Source of the DNA: Tubiluchus corallicola
Lineage: Eukaryota; Animalia; Priapulida
Reading direction: 5' to 3'
Assembly: GCA_030141605.1 (NCBI GenBank)
Contig: JAQGDQ010000080.1
Coordinates: 434,001-498,000 of the forward strand
Length of the DNA stretch: 64,000 nucleotides
Part shown: piece by piece, positions 26,815-55,283 of the stretch
How the letters are laid out: every line of letters starts with the position of its first letter
How positions within the stretch are numbered: the stretch's first letter is position 1
Notes under the pieces: generated by a model
What the model was told of the DNA's origin: nothing
What the model saw: the letters and a program-made list of their open reading frames with translations, nothing else
Database searches by the model: none
Made by a program: the position numbers and the translations under genes

Positions 26815-28112
26815 TGTCAAGTTCTTGTATTTTTGTGTGGTGAAGCTTATGTGTTGAATGGAGGTGTCTCTATATCAGTTTATACAATTAAATTATATTG
26901 TAACTAGTGATTTATTTTAATAAAACTTTGTTTACTCACTTTTATTTGCTGGAGTTTAAGCGAAATAACATGTGTTAGTCTGGCTTCTGTAAGTCTAACA
27001 ACTGGGCTAAGATAATCTGCGTTATGCATAATTCCTGCTACGATAGACACTCGATTATTAAAAAAATTACCTATCTTAAAGTTCATAGTTTCGTTATTTT
27101 TCTAAATAATTTTTCAGTATCTATTTTCACATTACACTGTTTGCTAAAACATATTTGACAACATTGTTTATGTAAAAGACAAAGCAGTGTTGGTACTCAA
27201 AAAACAAAGTGTGAATGCCACAGATGTATTTGCTTATATCTGTGATACAATTTTTCAATTGAAAACGAGGTAGCAGCAGAAAGTTGTACATACGATGTAG
27301 AGCGTTTTTCGTAATTTGCACATAACTTATATTTTGTAATTTGCACGTGAATCAAACTGTTTATTAAATACCTGTGCATCACTTTTTATTTGTTTATTTA
27401 ATTGTAGCGGAATATGTTGGCCTTTTGTAGCATAACATAAAAAGGGTCTTTTAATGCCTAACCAAAAAGGTACGTGCATTCCTTATTGAATTGCAGCACT
27501 TGTGATGAAAAAATATGTTTTTTATCTGACGGCCATAAATCATCATGAATTTTTACAATTTATCAGTTTTTAACAAGTTATACTTAAAAGTTTTGAGTTT
27601 CTTCTGGACATAACAATGCCATACTATGTGTTAAATGAGTGAACTAAATTAATGTTTACTGCAAATGAAAAATACGAATTCTGAAACTAGTAGCATTTTT
27701 ATTTGTTTTACCGCAAATGTGAGTACATTGTTAAATGTGCTAGAGCTATCTGTGGCGTTGTGGCAAAACTAAAGCACTTTTCATTAGTTTTTAAAAATGA
27801 AAACTGAAATATGTTTTTTATTGCACTGAAGTGAAGAATAATGAGAATGATTTTTTTATTTACGAAATAGAAATTATCAACAATTTTTGCTATTATTTAG
27901 TGGTGTGCTAATAAATTATGTGTAGCTAAATACTGATATCTTTATAAAGAACTAGCTCTTATGTACAAAACACTCCATAGCTTTTTAAATTTTAATATAA
28001 CAAAAGTGAAGCAAATATATCTACTACAAATCAACATTTATGTTTTGCAAAGGCAACACTCCCATATTTACAAGACCTGTATTGAGCACCATGTCAAATA
28101 ATTTTGGTTAGT

Positions 28113-44554
<16,442 letters not shown>

Positions 44555-44929
44555 GTTTACAAAAGTCCTGAAAAGTAAGAGTATAACAGTATTACTCGTT
44601 ATAAGTTCGCTATCATTGTGATTCTTGGGGGATTTGATTATATTTTTAGGATAATACTTCGGAATAGCTTTATAAGTCAATCCATAGCTATACTGTGCAA
44701 ATACTGCGACACTGCTAAAGATAAACGTTCACACTGCACAGGACCGAATATAGTAATCTTCGCCACTACATATTTATGAAAACTCTCTATTCATCCTTAT
44801 AAAATATCAAACTACAAAGAATGTGCTTGTAACAATAAAGTCACCAACCAGTAAAGCTACAACTAACAGTAACTGTGCCTCTAACTCATACTGAGTTAAC
44901 TGGAGCAAAGTTTATAAAAATTATGCACT

Positions 44930-46156
44930 GTTGGGAGCGGAGTAGGACACAAGCCAAAGTAGGACACTTGGCGTACATGGGCTAGTCCAAGAATGACGCG
45001 TAGTTCAGTACATGGGCTGCCCAAGTACGACACTAGAGACAGGTAGGGAATTAAATCGCTAACCGTACCGGTAGCGTCTGTTGTCTTTTTTTATTTAATA
45101 ATAATAATAATCGAAAACGTCAACACAGGTTAAATAATTATTAGAAAAGAAAACATTTTGCCCAGAAAATCCTTTAATTTATTTGTTCATTCCAAAACTA
45201 GAGGACATAATTTAAAACTTTTTAAAGAGCAGTTAGTCGGTTATGTCTTGACATTCGTACATAATCACTTTCTGTGAGAGTTGTGAATGAATGGAATAAT
45301 CTGCCTGCCATGGTGATTGCCGCACCAACCACAGTAAAGTTTAAATCCTTAATCGACAATTATTTTGCAGAAAAATATGGGATTCTATGAGTGTACTCGC
45401 TTAACCCCTAATCATGACAGTATAACAGTATATACATCTGATAAAATAAGATAATCTTATTTTAAGATTCATTAAGGCGATTACAACATTTGCTTAAGGT
45501 ATATAATTTTTTATTTTGTCTCACTTCACAGACAGATGATCTGTTTCTCTACCTCTTGGACAAATAATTGTTTTCTACTAAATAAATGGGCTAGAGAGCT
45601 ACGTGCCTTACATAGTTTCTCTCTTTAAAGCATTAGATGGGCCTGCTTAGTTTAATATTATGATGATACTAACGGAGCTAATAATAATAATGATATTATT
45701 GTAAAAAATATATTTGCAAATTTTCAAGAACTATCCATCATTATTATTATTTTTTCTAAAACGAATTTAGTTTTATTGTTTATTAGGTCTGTAGTGTAAG
45801 CCATAGCTAAGATTAGAGAACCATAGATAACCATTGTTCACTATTAACTAAGATTGACTTGATAGTGGTGTGATGTTGTGCAGGCCTGAGCAGGACAATG
45901 GACATAGCACCATGGCAACCTATTGTTTGGAACTGTAGATAAACGTTTTGATAGAAATGCACAATAAATTAATCCAGTTTTAACTTTATTTAATGTGTAC
46001 ATCGTATACAAAAGAATGTCATAATTGCCGATTCTCGACAGAAATCGCCAGTGCCCGACTTGGGCAGCTCGTGTACGACCCTGCTTTTCCACAAATTTAG
46101 CACATGCAGTTTAGCGTAAGTGTCCTACTTCGGTTAGTGGCGTACTCTGCGCCATA
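44930..46156. mobile_element. DNA-transposon remnant with imperfect TIRs, carrying a nested CR1 fragment
   Basis: Left GGAGCGGAGTAGGACACAAGCCAAAGTAGGACACTT..GCTGCCCAAGT versus right-end reverse complement GGCGCAGAGTACGCCACTAACCGAAGTAGGACACTT..GCTGCCCAAGT. Confidence 0.65.
45150..45460 (+). mobile_element. CR1-type LINE 3' fragment
   Basis: Translation TRGHNLKLFK...CLDIR..LSVRVVNEWNNLPAMVIAAPTTVKFKSLIDNYF is the typical CR1 ORF2 C-terminus. Confidence 0.8.
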
Positions 46157-46197
46157 CATGAACAATTATTACTGAATTAGACTGATTATTTGCTCAC

Positions 46198-46300
46198 CTG
46201 ACCTGATCTGCTCCTCTGGTAGCAAGTGTTTTCGTTTCCAATTCCTTTTTTCATCGCCTTTACCAAGCACATAAGTGTCACCTGGTGGTGAATGTCAGGA
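46198..46300 (-). other. Candidate non-coding first exon of MMUT
   Basis: Consensus minus-strand donor CAG|GTGAGC at 46197. The MMUT ATG exon has an acceptor (TTTTCAG at 44568), so an upstream leader exon is required. The 5' boundary is a guess. Confidence 0.45.
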
Positions 46301-46399
46301 AATTGATCAGTTTTTGAATGCTAATCAATTTTTGCTTATTATTTATAAAGCACAGTTAGTCTGGGGAAACACCCTACTTCTAATTGCGCACCAACATAA

Positions 46400-46705
46400 G
46401 TGCTAATAATATAATAGACAATTTCTAGAATCAACATTCACGTTATCCAATCGCGTGTTGAAGGCCCCGACTGTGATGTTGTTGATAGTGTCTTCAGGCA
46501 GTGAATTCCACAGATTTAACTCTGCGTTTGAGAGACTAAAGTTGTATTTATCCAAGCGGAATTGTGCTTTTGGTCGCTATTTACTGAGGACGACAATCAA
46601 GACGAAAGTTCGAAACACAAGTCATGTAAACATTTTATACATCTCTATTAAGCGGGCTCTGGTACGCCTGTTTGCGAGGCTGCATGTCTTTGCAATTAAC
46701 TTTTA
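46400..46705 (-). mobile_element. CR1-type LINE 3' fragment
   Basis: Minus translation SLANRRTRARLIEMYKMF...RLDKYNFSLSN...LWNSLPEDTINNITVGAFNTRLD, a CR1 C-terminal signature. Confidence 0.75.
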
Positions 46706-46849
46706 AGTTAATAATTAAAATTGATAGCACTGATAATTAAAATTGATTAGTGCTTCGCATGCATAAATATGTGGTGGTGCAGGCAAATGGTAGAAATCGT
46801 TCAATAAAATTTCGAGGTGTACCGTTACTCGTGGATTTCAAACCTTCTC

Positions 46850-46926
46850 TATATATGGCTATATGAGTAGTCGAGTACTGACTAGTACACGTGCCCTTGG
46901 TTTTGCGCTTCATGGTCTCGGTAATT
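46850..46926 (+). promoter_or_regulatory. Candidate TATA box, first non-coding exon and donor of the cytochrome c gene
   Basis: TATATAT at 46850, a CpG-containing segment, donor TCG|GTAATT at 46921. The CYCS ATG exon has an acceptor ending at 51562, which implies a leader exon. Confidence 0.4.
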
Positions 46927-47494
46927 TTTTACCGTACTCACGGCTTTCATTTTTTATTATTTATTTGTTTTTTTTGTTCTTTGGTTATTCGCGTGTGAAC
47001 AGGGCTAGGGTAACGGAACTTACGTGGCAGGGCACGCTCTCATGGTATTAGTATGGATTTATGTTTATAAAAATTATACACTCACCATTCCCGGGTGAAA
47101 GGCTACGGAATGAGTCGGGTTCCTTATTATCACGATTTTAGGCTTGTGGCTACGTGGGGTTGACGTATTGTGAATGATTGAATATGTGCCATTTGTGCGA
47201 GGAAAAATTTCGCCAGGGGACAAAAATATTCCTCGGGAGGAAACGTAACTTCAGTGATATAATAAACACTTGAAACTCCTGTAATTTTTCATACACGCAA
47301 TAAACGAAATTTTCACAACTCATGCAAGGGCTGTGAAAATTTATTAATCCCAATAAAAAGACAAGGACGTTCATTTTTTATTATTAACTTCACTTATTTA
47401 ATGATATAAAGCCAATTTAACTTTTAATATGGCAATACTAATACTTAGTAATAGTACTAACAAAATTCATAAGAGTGTGACCTATTACTGTTTA

Positions 47495-48456
47495 GGCTGA
47501 CCAAAAAATTGTTTCAGTCTTATCATATGAGCTCAAAAGATGTTAGAAGGAGGCAGGAATTTTTTTTCAAAAAAGTTTTTTAAAGCTTTGTGAATATCCA
47601 AAGCTGAATCGTGCAATGTTTAAAATCATTTGAAATCAAAGTTTGTTATTTTCCCGCTGGTTAGCTGTAAAAGGTTTTAAAATGTTTCAATGCACATTTT
47701 TTCGCCCTTTGCTTTTTAGTTTTTTGATTCGCAGTACTAAGTCATCGTATTATCGAATAGTATCTTTTTTATACGGTATGAAGGTATGTTCTGATAATTA
47801 TGGTGTAGTGGCAACGCTACTCGATCATTAACATGCTGAGTTGCCAGAAAGTACAATACTTTCTGGCCTCCAATGTGATAATCAGCATCAAGCCAAATGG
47901 CAACCTTGGCCGAGAGTAAGTCGTAGAAAAACATGGCTGCATTCTCGCCGAAACAACAATGCTATAATAATTATAGCATTTTACATTTTAGATTAAAAAA
48001 GTACACTTTTATGTGACTGCGTCAATATATGAATTCACCAAAAAATTACTAAATTCATACAAATTTTGTATGATGCTCATTGTATTGGAAGCTAAAAAGT
48101 ACAGAATTTTTGCAATATTGGGTATATTAATGACCAAGTAGTGTTTCCGCTTATACCATAATTATCATTACACAAACGTTCATGATACTAAAAGAGACTG
48201 TACAATAATCATAGGATAATATAGTAATGCGAAACTAAAGAACAAAGTGTGAAAAAATGTGCATTTTGAATTAATTTAAAACGTTACTGCTAACCAGTGG
48301 GAAATAAACAAACTTTGATTTCAACTGATTTTAAATATTCCACAATTCAGCTTTGAACGTTCACAAAGTTTTAAAAAAATTGTTTTCCTCCCTCCCTACT
48401 GATATCTTTCTTTTGAGCTCATGAGGTAAGACAGAAACAATTTTTTGTGGTCAGCC
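47495..48456. mobile_element. PIF/Harbinger-like MITE (about 960 bp)
   Basis: TIRs of about 50 bp: GGCTGACCAAAAAATTGTTTCAGTCTTATCATATGAGCTCAAAAGA versus inverse GGCTGACCACAAAAAATTGTTTCTGTCTTACCTCATGAGCTCAAAAGA; flanked by TTA / ATA. Confidence 0.8.
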
Positions 48457-50606
48457 ATAGTTGTGTAATTGCTAGCTGTGTATAGTAGTCTAAAATTTCA
48501 AATTTGCAAGAACTGGTCCATACTTAAAGAAAAAGAGGATGATTTTTCATGTCTTATCCCTTTGAAAAGCGTAGTATCCCATAAATCCCATGGTAAAATG
48601 TATACATTTAACACCTATATTAGTGCGAAAGCATTTGTGGTAATTAAATAATATGTTAAAAACTTAATTAATAGTGTGCGAGCCAACTAGTGGTGGCATC
48701 ACAACTTAGCATGATTTTCAAAAGCACAAACATTCCACGAGTGTGTTGCATATGTTTGCGAAAGCGGAGCAAAAATTCAAATACAACGCTACTGTTATAT
48801 TCAGTGTGATTTACAGAAACTTGGAAAATTTTAAGTTTAAAATTTTAATTTTGAGTTTATTGCTGGGCTCATACATGAGCTGTCAAATGTTTGCACTATG
48901 TCACAACTGAACCAGGGATGTTACTGAAATGAAAATTTCGTTTTTATTTGCAGATAATTGCACTTTCAGTTGAGTTTGGTATTCATCAAAAATTATTGAG
49001 TTTCGTAGCCAAAATTTTCGGGAACAAAAGTTTTAGTAGTGTTTAACCAGATGTAGTACAAATAAAAATATAATGCACATATCTTTCATCTGACTTTTTG
49101 TACCATTTGTAACATGTTTTATACAGCAATCCGGCAATCTTCAGTGTTGATGACTGTGAAGTTTTAAGGTCTTCAGGCACCATCAACCGAAATACCAAAG
49201 TGTAATTTGAATAAACCAAGTTTCATTTTATAATTTATAAAAAATGGGCAACGAAATATTTACAAAATAAAATTTGTCATTTTTTTAAGCATCATGATCT
49301 GTAACCACAAACTTTTTTTGGTTAAGATTTTTTGCCTAGCTACTTCATCAAGCTTGTATCAGAGCAAATAAACAAAGCATTTTATTTATTTAAAATTTTT
49401 TTTCTGTTTTGATAATAGTTGGTTTTGCAAAAGTCTTCCGTTTCGTTTCGGTATGGTTTTCTATATTTCAGCTTCCTTTCAATATTTTGTAGGTGTATTA
49501 CTTTGAGCTACAGTTTAAGATTGGGTTCAATTTTCTTTAAACAAAATACACAGTGCCCAACTTTGAAGTTTCAGCTAGTTTCTATGCTGCATTGAACCAG
49601 CTTAGTGTGCACTGCAAAGACTTTCAATAAATTTTAGAAATGAAGTTATGCCTAAAATTCTTATGTAGTTATTTAAAAGTATTATCAGTAAAATAATATT
49701 TTGCTTTAAACTCACATTTCATTTCACTTATCATTCTCATTAGACAACACAGTTGTCATCCAAGCATTCATGTTTGCTAGTAATTCATCGGCGACATTGC
49801 TACATCTTATTGTACTGTACCTGTGTCCCTGACATAACAGTGACAGTTGGGAGCTTCAAAACACACCGCTAATCAAGTGGTAAAATATTTAGTGTACAGA
49901 AAGTATTAGGTAATGAGGTTAATTGCAGTGGACAGGTGGGTCGAAGCAAAACTGCTAAGCTAGCATATTAACATATGACTGTTCCAGCTTACAGATGAAA
50001 CGGTACTTAACATGATTGTTTTTACATATATTAGAACTTAAAAGCGAAGTAAGATGACATAAAAGTAATGAAAGCTTACTGGTCACACAAAAGTGTCTTA
50101 TTGAAGCATCTGAAGCAGAAATATTGAGGTGTAAAATTTCAATGTTTGATTTTGTCCTTACCATTGGTAATGATATAACTCTTTGATTTGCTTTTTTACT
50201 TACTACCCGTATATAAGCTTACAGTTGAAATGACTGTGTAATCATTATTTAAGTGGAAAATTTAAGTAGGTCGAGCATCAAGGCAAGTATTCAGAAAAAA
50301 TTTCCCATCACCCATGTGAGACAGGTTATATTTGGTTGTCGCCCGGCCCGACACCCTGGCTTGCGACTCTTGACAGGTCTAGACTTATTGATCTTTACGG
50401 GTACAGTGTCTTTTTGCTTTTTCTCTGATATTCCCACTTTTTAACTTCATGTGAAATTTGACTCATTTACTCAGTGTATGCGTGGGCTGGTGGGACGCAA
50501 AAGCACGGTAGCTGTTATGTCCCGTTGTGGTTTCATATGTTCCTATAAGTTTTTACACTGAAATGTTATGGGTAGAATAACTGTGAAAGCTATGCAGCAG
50601 TAGTCA

Positions 50607-50822
50607 GTTTAGTTTAGTTTTATTTGTATAAGTGTCTATGTACATAAGAAATTAACAAAAAAATAAGATTTTGTTATTCGAGTGCCTTAACTGCACATCT
50701 TATTGGTCTGTGTTTAGTTTAGTTTTCTTTGTACAAGTCTTTATGTACATAAGAAATTAACAACAAAAAATAAGATTTTGTTATCCGAGTGCCTTAACAG
50801 CACATCTTATTGGCCTGTGTTT
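50607..50822 (-). repeat. Tandem duplication (2 x about 105 bp) of a probable LINE/SINE 3' end
   Basis: Two near-identical copies starting at 50607 and 50712. On the minus strand each ends in AATAAA/AAGAAA followed by (CTAAA)n, like a non-LTR tail. Confidence 0.85.
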
Positions 50823-50974
50823 TCAAAACATGATAAAAATTGGGTGATTGAATATTTCTTACTTTTTTAACTCCTTTTAGCTCAGAGGTATTTTGTCACA
50901 CAGTAACTGTCTAGTAGTAGTAGAAGATTTTTCAAATAAATATTCATTGTTTTTATGCTATTTTTAATGTCTAC

Positions 50975-50978
<4 letters not shown>

Positions 50979-51005
<27 letters not shown>
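50979..51005. repeat. (TA)n microsatellite
   Basis: Direct reading. Confidence 0.9.
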
Positions 51006-51010
<5 letters not shown>

Positions 51011-51585
51011 TGCTGACTTACTATTTTCAAATGCTTAATAAACCACCTTGGTGCAAAGCCAAATGGGTTTATTAAAAGGCTGGATTTATAAACCGAAGCG
51101 ATCTATCAAGTAGTAGTTTCTGTGTTATTACAGTGTGTTATTACTATTGTTTATTTATGAAGCCAATACTCATAACACTTCATAAACTGCTTGCAAAAAA
51201 TGCAATAATTTACTAGAGTTCGCATAATAATGTTTAAATTAGCTGCTAAAGACAAAAAATTAAGTGGAAAAAATACAAATGTGCAAAACGTGCTTAAAAC
51301 AAAGTCACTGATTTAGGCCAAGTTAAGAAGCTAGACAGTTGTGTTGTTATATGTCACAATTTTGTTGTCTTTAAAGTGTCTGGATTTATAAAGCAAAGTT
51401 TCGATTAATAAATGGTGGATTTTACTAGGTTAAAAGATTATATAGCTGCTCTAGTCATAGTGACCTTCTTTGGCCACTATGGCTGGAGCAGAACTGGATA
51501 TATTTTCTGTGGATTTGCTAAGGAATTCTACTGTAATTACTAGTGTTTATTTTATTGTATAGGTCTGAATATTAAATAACTAGTC

Positions 51586-52388
51586 ATGGGTGAAGAAATC
51601 CCAGGAGGAGATGCTATGAAAGGAAAGAAAGTGTTTAAGCAACGCTGTGAACAGTGCCACACCGTTGAAGCTGGCGGCAAACACAAAACTGGGCCTAACC
51701 TCCATGGACTAATTGGTCGAAAAACGGGACAAGCTCCTAATTTTTCTTATACTGAGGCAAATAGAGACAAAGGTGGGCACCTAAAAAAATGAGTTTAGTG
51801 GGTGCTTGCAAAAGCAATATCAGTGAATCAATTTCAATTACTGTTAGTATATTACAAAATCACTAAAGGCTCATTTCTCCTTTTGTGTTTTACATGCCAT
51901 GGTGGAGTAAATTTATCAGTGCAAAATCTATAGTGGTATTGCTTTAAAAAAATTTCCAAAATGGGAACTGTTGAGTGACAAATAATGTAAATTATGTTGA
52001 AGTTAAGGCAAAGTATTGTGAAATTTTAGTCAGATAGTATGCACTTATGTAAAACCAGAGCGGAGTGGGTTGGTCACTTTTGTGGAAGGAGTCAGTCATT
52101 ATATGCCTGACAACTGCAGCACCTTTAGGATCAACTCCACAACTTGAGTAAAATCGTTTTAACTCCTTTCTAACTAAATGTCTATGGTTTGATCAACTTT
52201 AGCACATGCTTTGTAAATAGTTACATTATTTCTATGTTTTAGGTATTACATGGGGTAGAGACACATTGTGGGTATATTTAGAAAATCCAAAAAAGTACAT
52301 CCCTGGAACAAAAATGGTTTTTGCTGGGTTGAAGAAAAAGAGTGAGCGGGCTGATCTAATAGCATATCTGGAGGCAGCTACAAAGTAA
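51586..52388 (+). CDS. CYCS: Cytochrome c (mitochondrial), 110 aa
   Basis: Exons 51586-51772 and 52243-52388 (GT-AG, phase 1). Heme motif [40 protein letters not shown] with the axial Met. Confidence 0.98.
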
Positions 52389-52819
52389 CAGTGTTACATT
52401 TAGGACAATTGTAATCTGCTCATAAAGTAAATTAAAGTAAATTACTACATGATATCTCTATTAATTTGAAAGTTATCTGCACTTATTTTTCTCTTGCGAT
52501 GATCAAAACTACAGAATCTTTTTCATCGAATGTAATGTTTGAAGAAATGTTCTTTTATTTTTAAATAGTCAGGTGATTTTGTTTCTAGTGTTGATATAAT
52601 AATTACTGGAGCAAAAATTACATAATTGGTGATAATTGGTAATTACATAATTATGAAAACAATTTTTCCAAGATAGCAAAGAATTGCGCAAGCTGACAAC
52701 CAAATACCTGTTGTATTTTATATCTTTGGTTTGACAGTATAAAATAGCGTACGAAATTTTTACAGTTTTAAGAAAAAGTAGATAAAATTTTTATAGTGTA
52801 ATTTTTTATTCAACCATGC

Positions 52820-53786
52820 AGGAGTAGGGATCATATTTGCTTACCATAAAAATGTAGCAAACTCCTTTGCAAAATACGCAACAATATCATTAAAGGAAGA
52901 CCGGACGATTGTTTAGACTCAATCTCATTTTAATTTACTGTCCAAACTGTACACTTTCTTGCCTATAAAAGTTAACAATTGTTCCTTATATTTGAATAAT
53001 TAGCTTGTAAAGTTAATTAATGGTAACCGAACACAGCTATTGCTTACGTCAGAAATTAACCACAGTTTGTGCAATGGCAGGCATCTTCTCTTGCGCATCA
53101 AGCACATTTGCATAAGTGTTACAGTACTGTTTAAACGCATAATGTCACAAAAAATGGGCTTTACATCATATGACGTCAGAAACTAACACAGCGGTTCATG
53201 ATCATGGTTATCACGGTGCTGCCTTCTATTTGTCGACCAAAAAGCGCCGTTGCCAATCTTAGTAGATTCACTGAGCCGAGCGTAGCTTTGAAAGTGTAAC
53301 GAAATTTGAGTATCCGAGGTAATTATTATTTAATCTAGGCTTTGATTTAAAAAAAGCTATTGTAGTTTTCAATATTTTTGAGCATTCTTTATTCTGAACT
53401 AATGTTTACACAATCATCCGGTTTTCCTTAAGCACATTTGCAGAGTCATTAAGTACACTTGCAAAGTTACGTATGGATTCTGTAGAAAATACAAATTTTC
53501 ATGATAGATTCTTAAAAGGAGGTTGAATAATTCACACGCATATAAGATTTTCACTACAAAAAGATGACCTTAAGCGATTTATGCTGGGAGTATAGATCAT
53601 ATTTGTGTACTATAGAAATGCAGCAAACTCCCTTGCAAACTGCACAACGACGTCATTAAGTACACTTGCAAAGTTATGTATAGATTCCATAGAAAATACA
53701 AATTTTAGATTCTTAAAAGGAGCTTGAATAATTCACACGCATACAATATCTTGACTACAAAAAAGATGACCTCAGGCGATTTATGC
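52820..53786. repeat. Degenerate tandem repeat of about 200-bp units, interrupted by a MITE
   Basis: 53445-53584 closely matches 53652-53786. 52820-52893 matches 53585-53659 (GGAGTA..GATCATATTTG...GCAAACTCC.TTGCAAA...TCATTAA). Confidence 0.75.
52894..53427. mobile_element. Kolobok-like MITE with TTAA target duplication
   Basis: TTAA|AGGAAGACCGGACGATTGTTTAGAC ... GTTTACACAATCATCCGGTTTTCC|TTAA; internal direct repeat ACGTCAGAAA.TAAC at about 53046 and 53173. Confidence 0.75.
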
Positions 53787-55283
53787 CAGATTATATTTCA
53801 AGAACATAACCCTTGAACTTGAAGTTGATTAACATTTATTTTGCTGTTCACTGCCATATGTTTCTGTACACTCGTGTGCAGAATACAATTTATTTGTTTT
53901 ACCAATCAAAAGTTTCTGTATGTGAAAGACAGTAATTTTTGTAGTACATGTTTTAACTCTGTCATTAATTAAGCAGTCATTTGTTGTTTGTAAGTTAAAT
54001 GAAGGCTTCATTCAGGTCTTTAAAAATGATTTTATCTGTAATTTGCAAAATTTTCTGGGTAACCTTAATATGCCAAAGCATATTGAGCAACTGCAAAAAA
54101 TGAAATTATATTTGTATTGTCCTGGCAACTTTTTAATTTTATGTGAGATGCACTTCTTTTGAGAATAAAAATCCGTAACAAATTTAAAGTGATGGACCCT
54201 TTTACTAACATATGCACATGTTTACTGCTGTATTAGCATTCACATCTTCTACTGTTTTAATTGTTACTGAAATGTCTATCATTGAAAATCAGCTCATAAG
54301 AAAGAACAAGCTGACTTTCTTGTCGAGGAATTTATAACTGTAGCTTGTGTTTAGTTGTTTAATAACTTATAAAATTTAACGCATGCTTGTGCATAATGTT
54401 GAACTCGGTGTCAAGCATTTTCTTAACTTTACGTATGTAATGAATTGTGAGTTCATCATAATTTTTCACTCTTCAAAAAATAAAGAAGCGTGTTTTAAAG
54501 TGACTTTATTTTTATGTAGATTGTTTCTAATTAGCAAAACATCGAAACTTTAGCACAAATAATTTATTTATGATTAAATTCATGAATAGATTGTTTAGGA
54601 AATAGTTTGACGCTTTGTACACAGTAAAAGTGTTATCCACTTTATTATTATTGTTATACTGAGGAAAGCATCTGCAAAAGGTGATGAGGTGTTTAGTAGT
54701 AATATATTACATTTTCATCCAATAATTATTTAAGCCATCGTGTGCATATATAATTAATGGACATGTGTGTATAACCATAAAAAAACATTTCTGGAATTTG
54801 TAACTGAATCAGTAATTACAGTTAATAATACATGGGTTTACGATAAAGTGCATCGTGATAAACAATACACGCGTATAAGTTATTACACGAAAAAATAAAC
54901 GTAAGTTGTAGACTTGATAGAGTATGTATAATAAATTGACAAAATACATGCTAGACAAGACTATCCTATAAGCAATAAAAACATTATGCATACAAAGGCA
55001 ATTAAGTGAAAAGTTTACATTGTTATGATCATGAAGTAAATTACTTTGTACAAATTCATGAAATATTTGTAAAATTTAATTACTACAGGAAACATTTCGA
55101 AAGCAACTGCTTATAGCTCATAATACTGCTTTTAGTCGAACTTTGTTAAAGCATTCTCTAAAACGTTATTTGAATAGCTTTTAAGATGTTTTACCTCAAA
55201 CAGCCACATAATATGTGCCAAAATATATTACATTTAAATGAAATGCAGAAATTATAAACAAGTTGAGACAGAGCAGTTAATTA

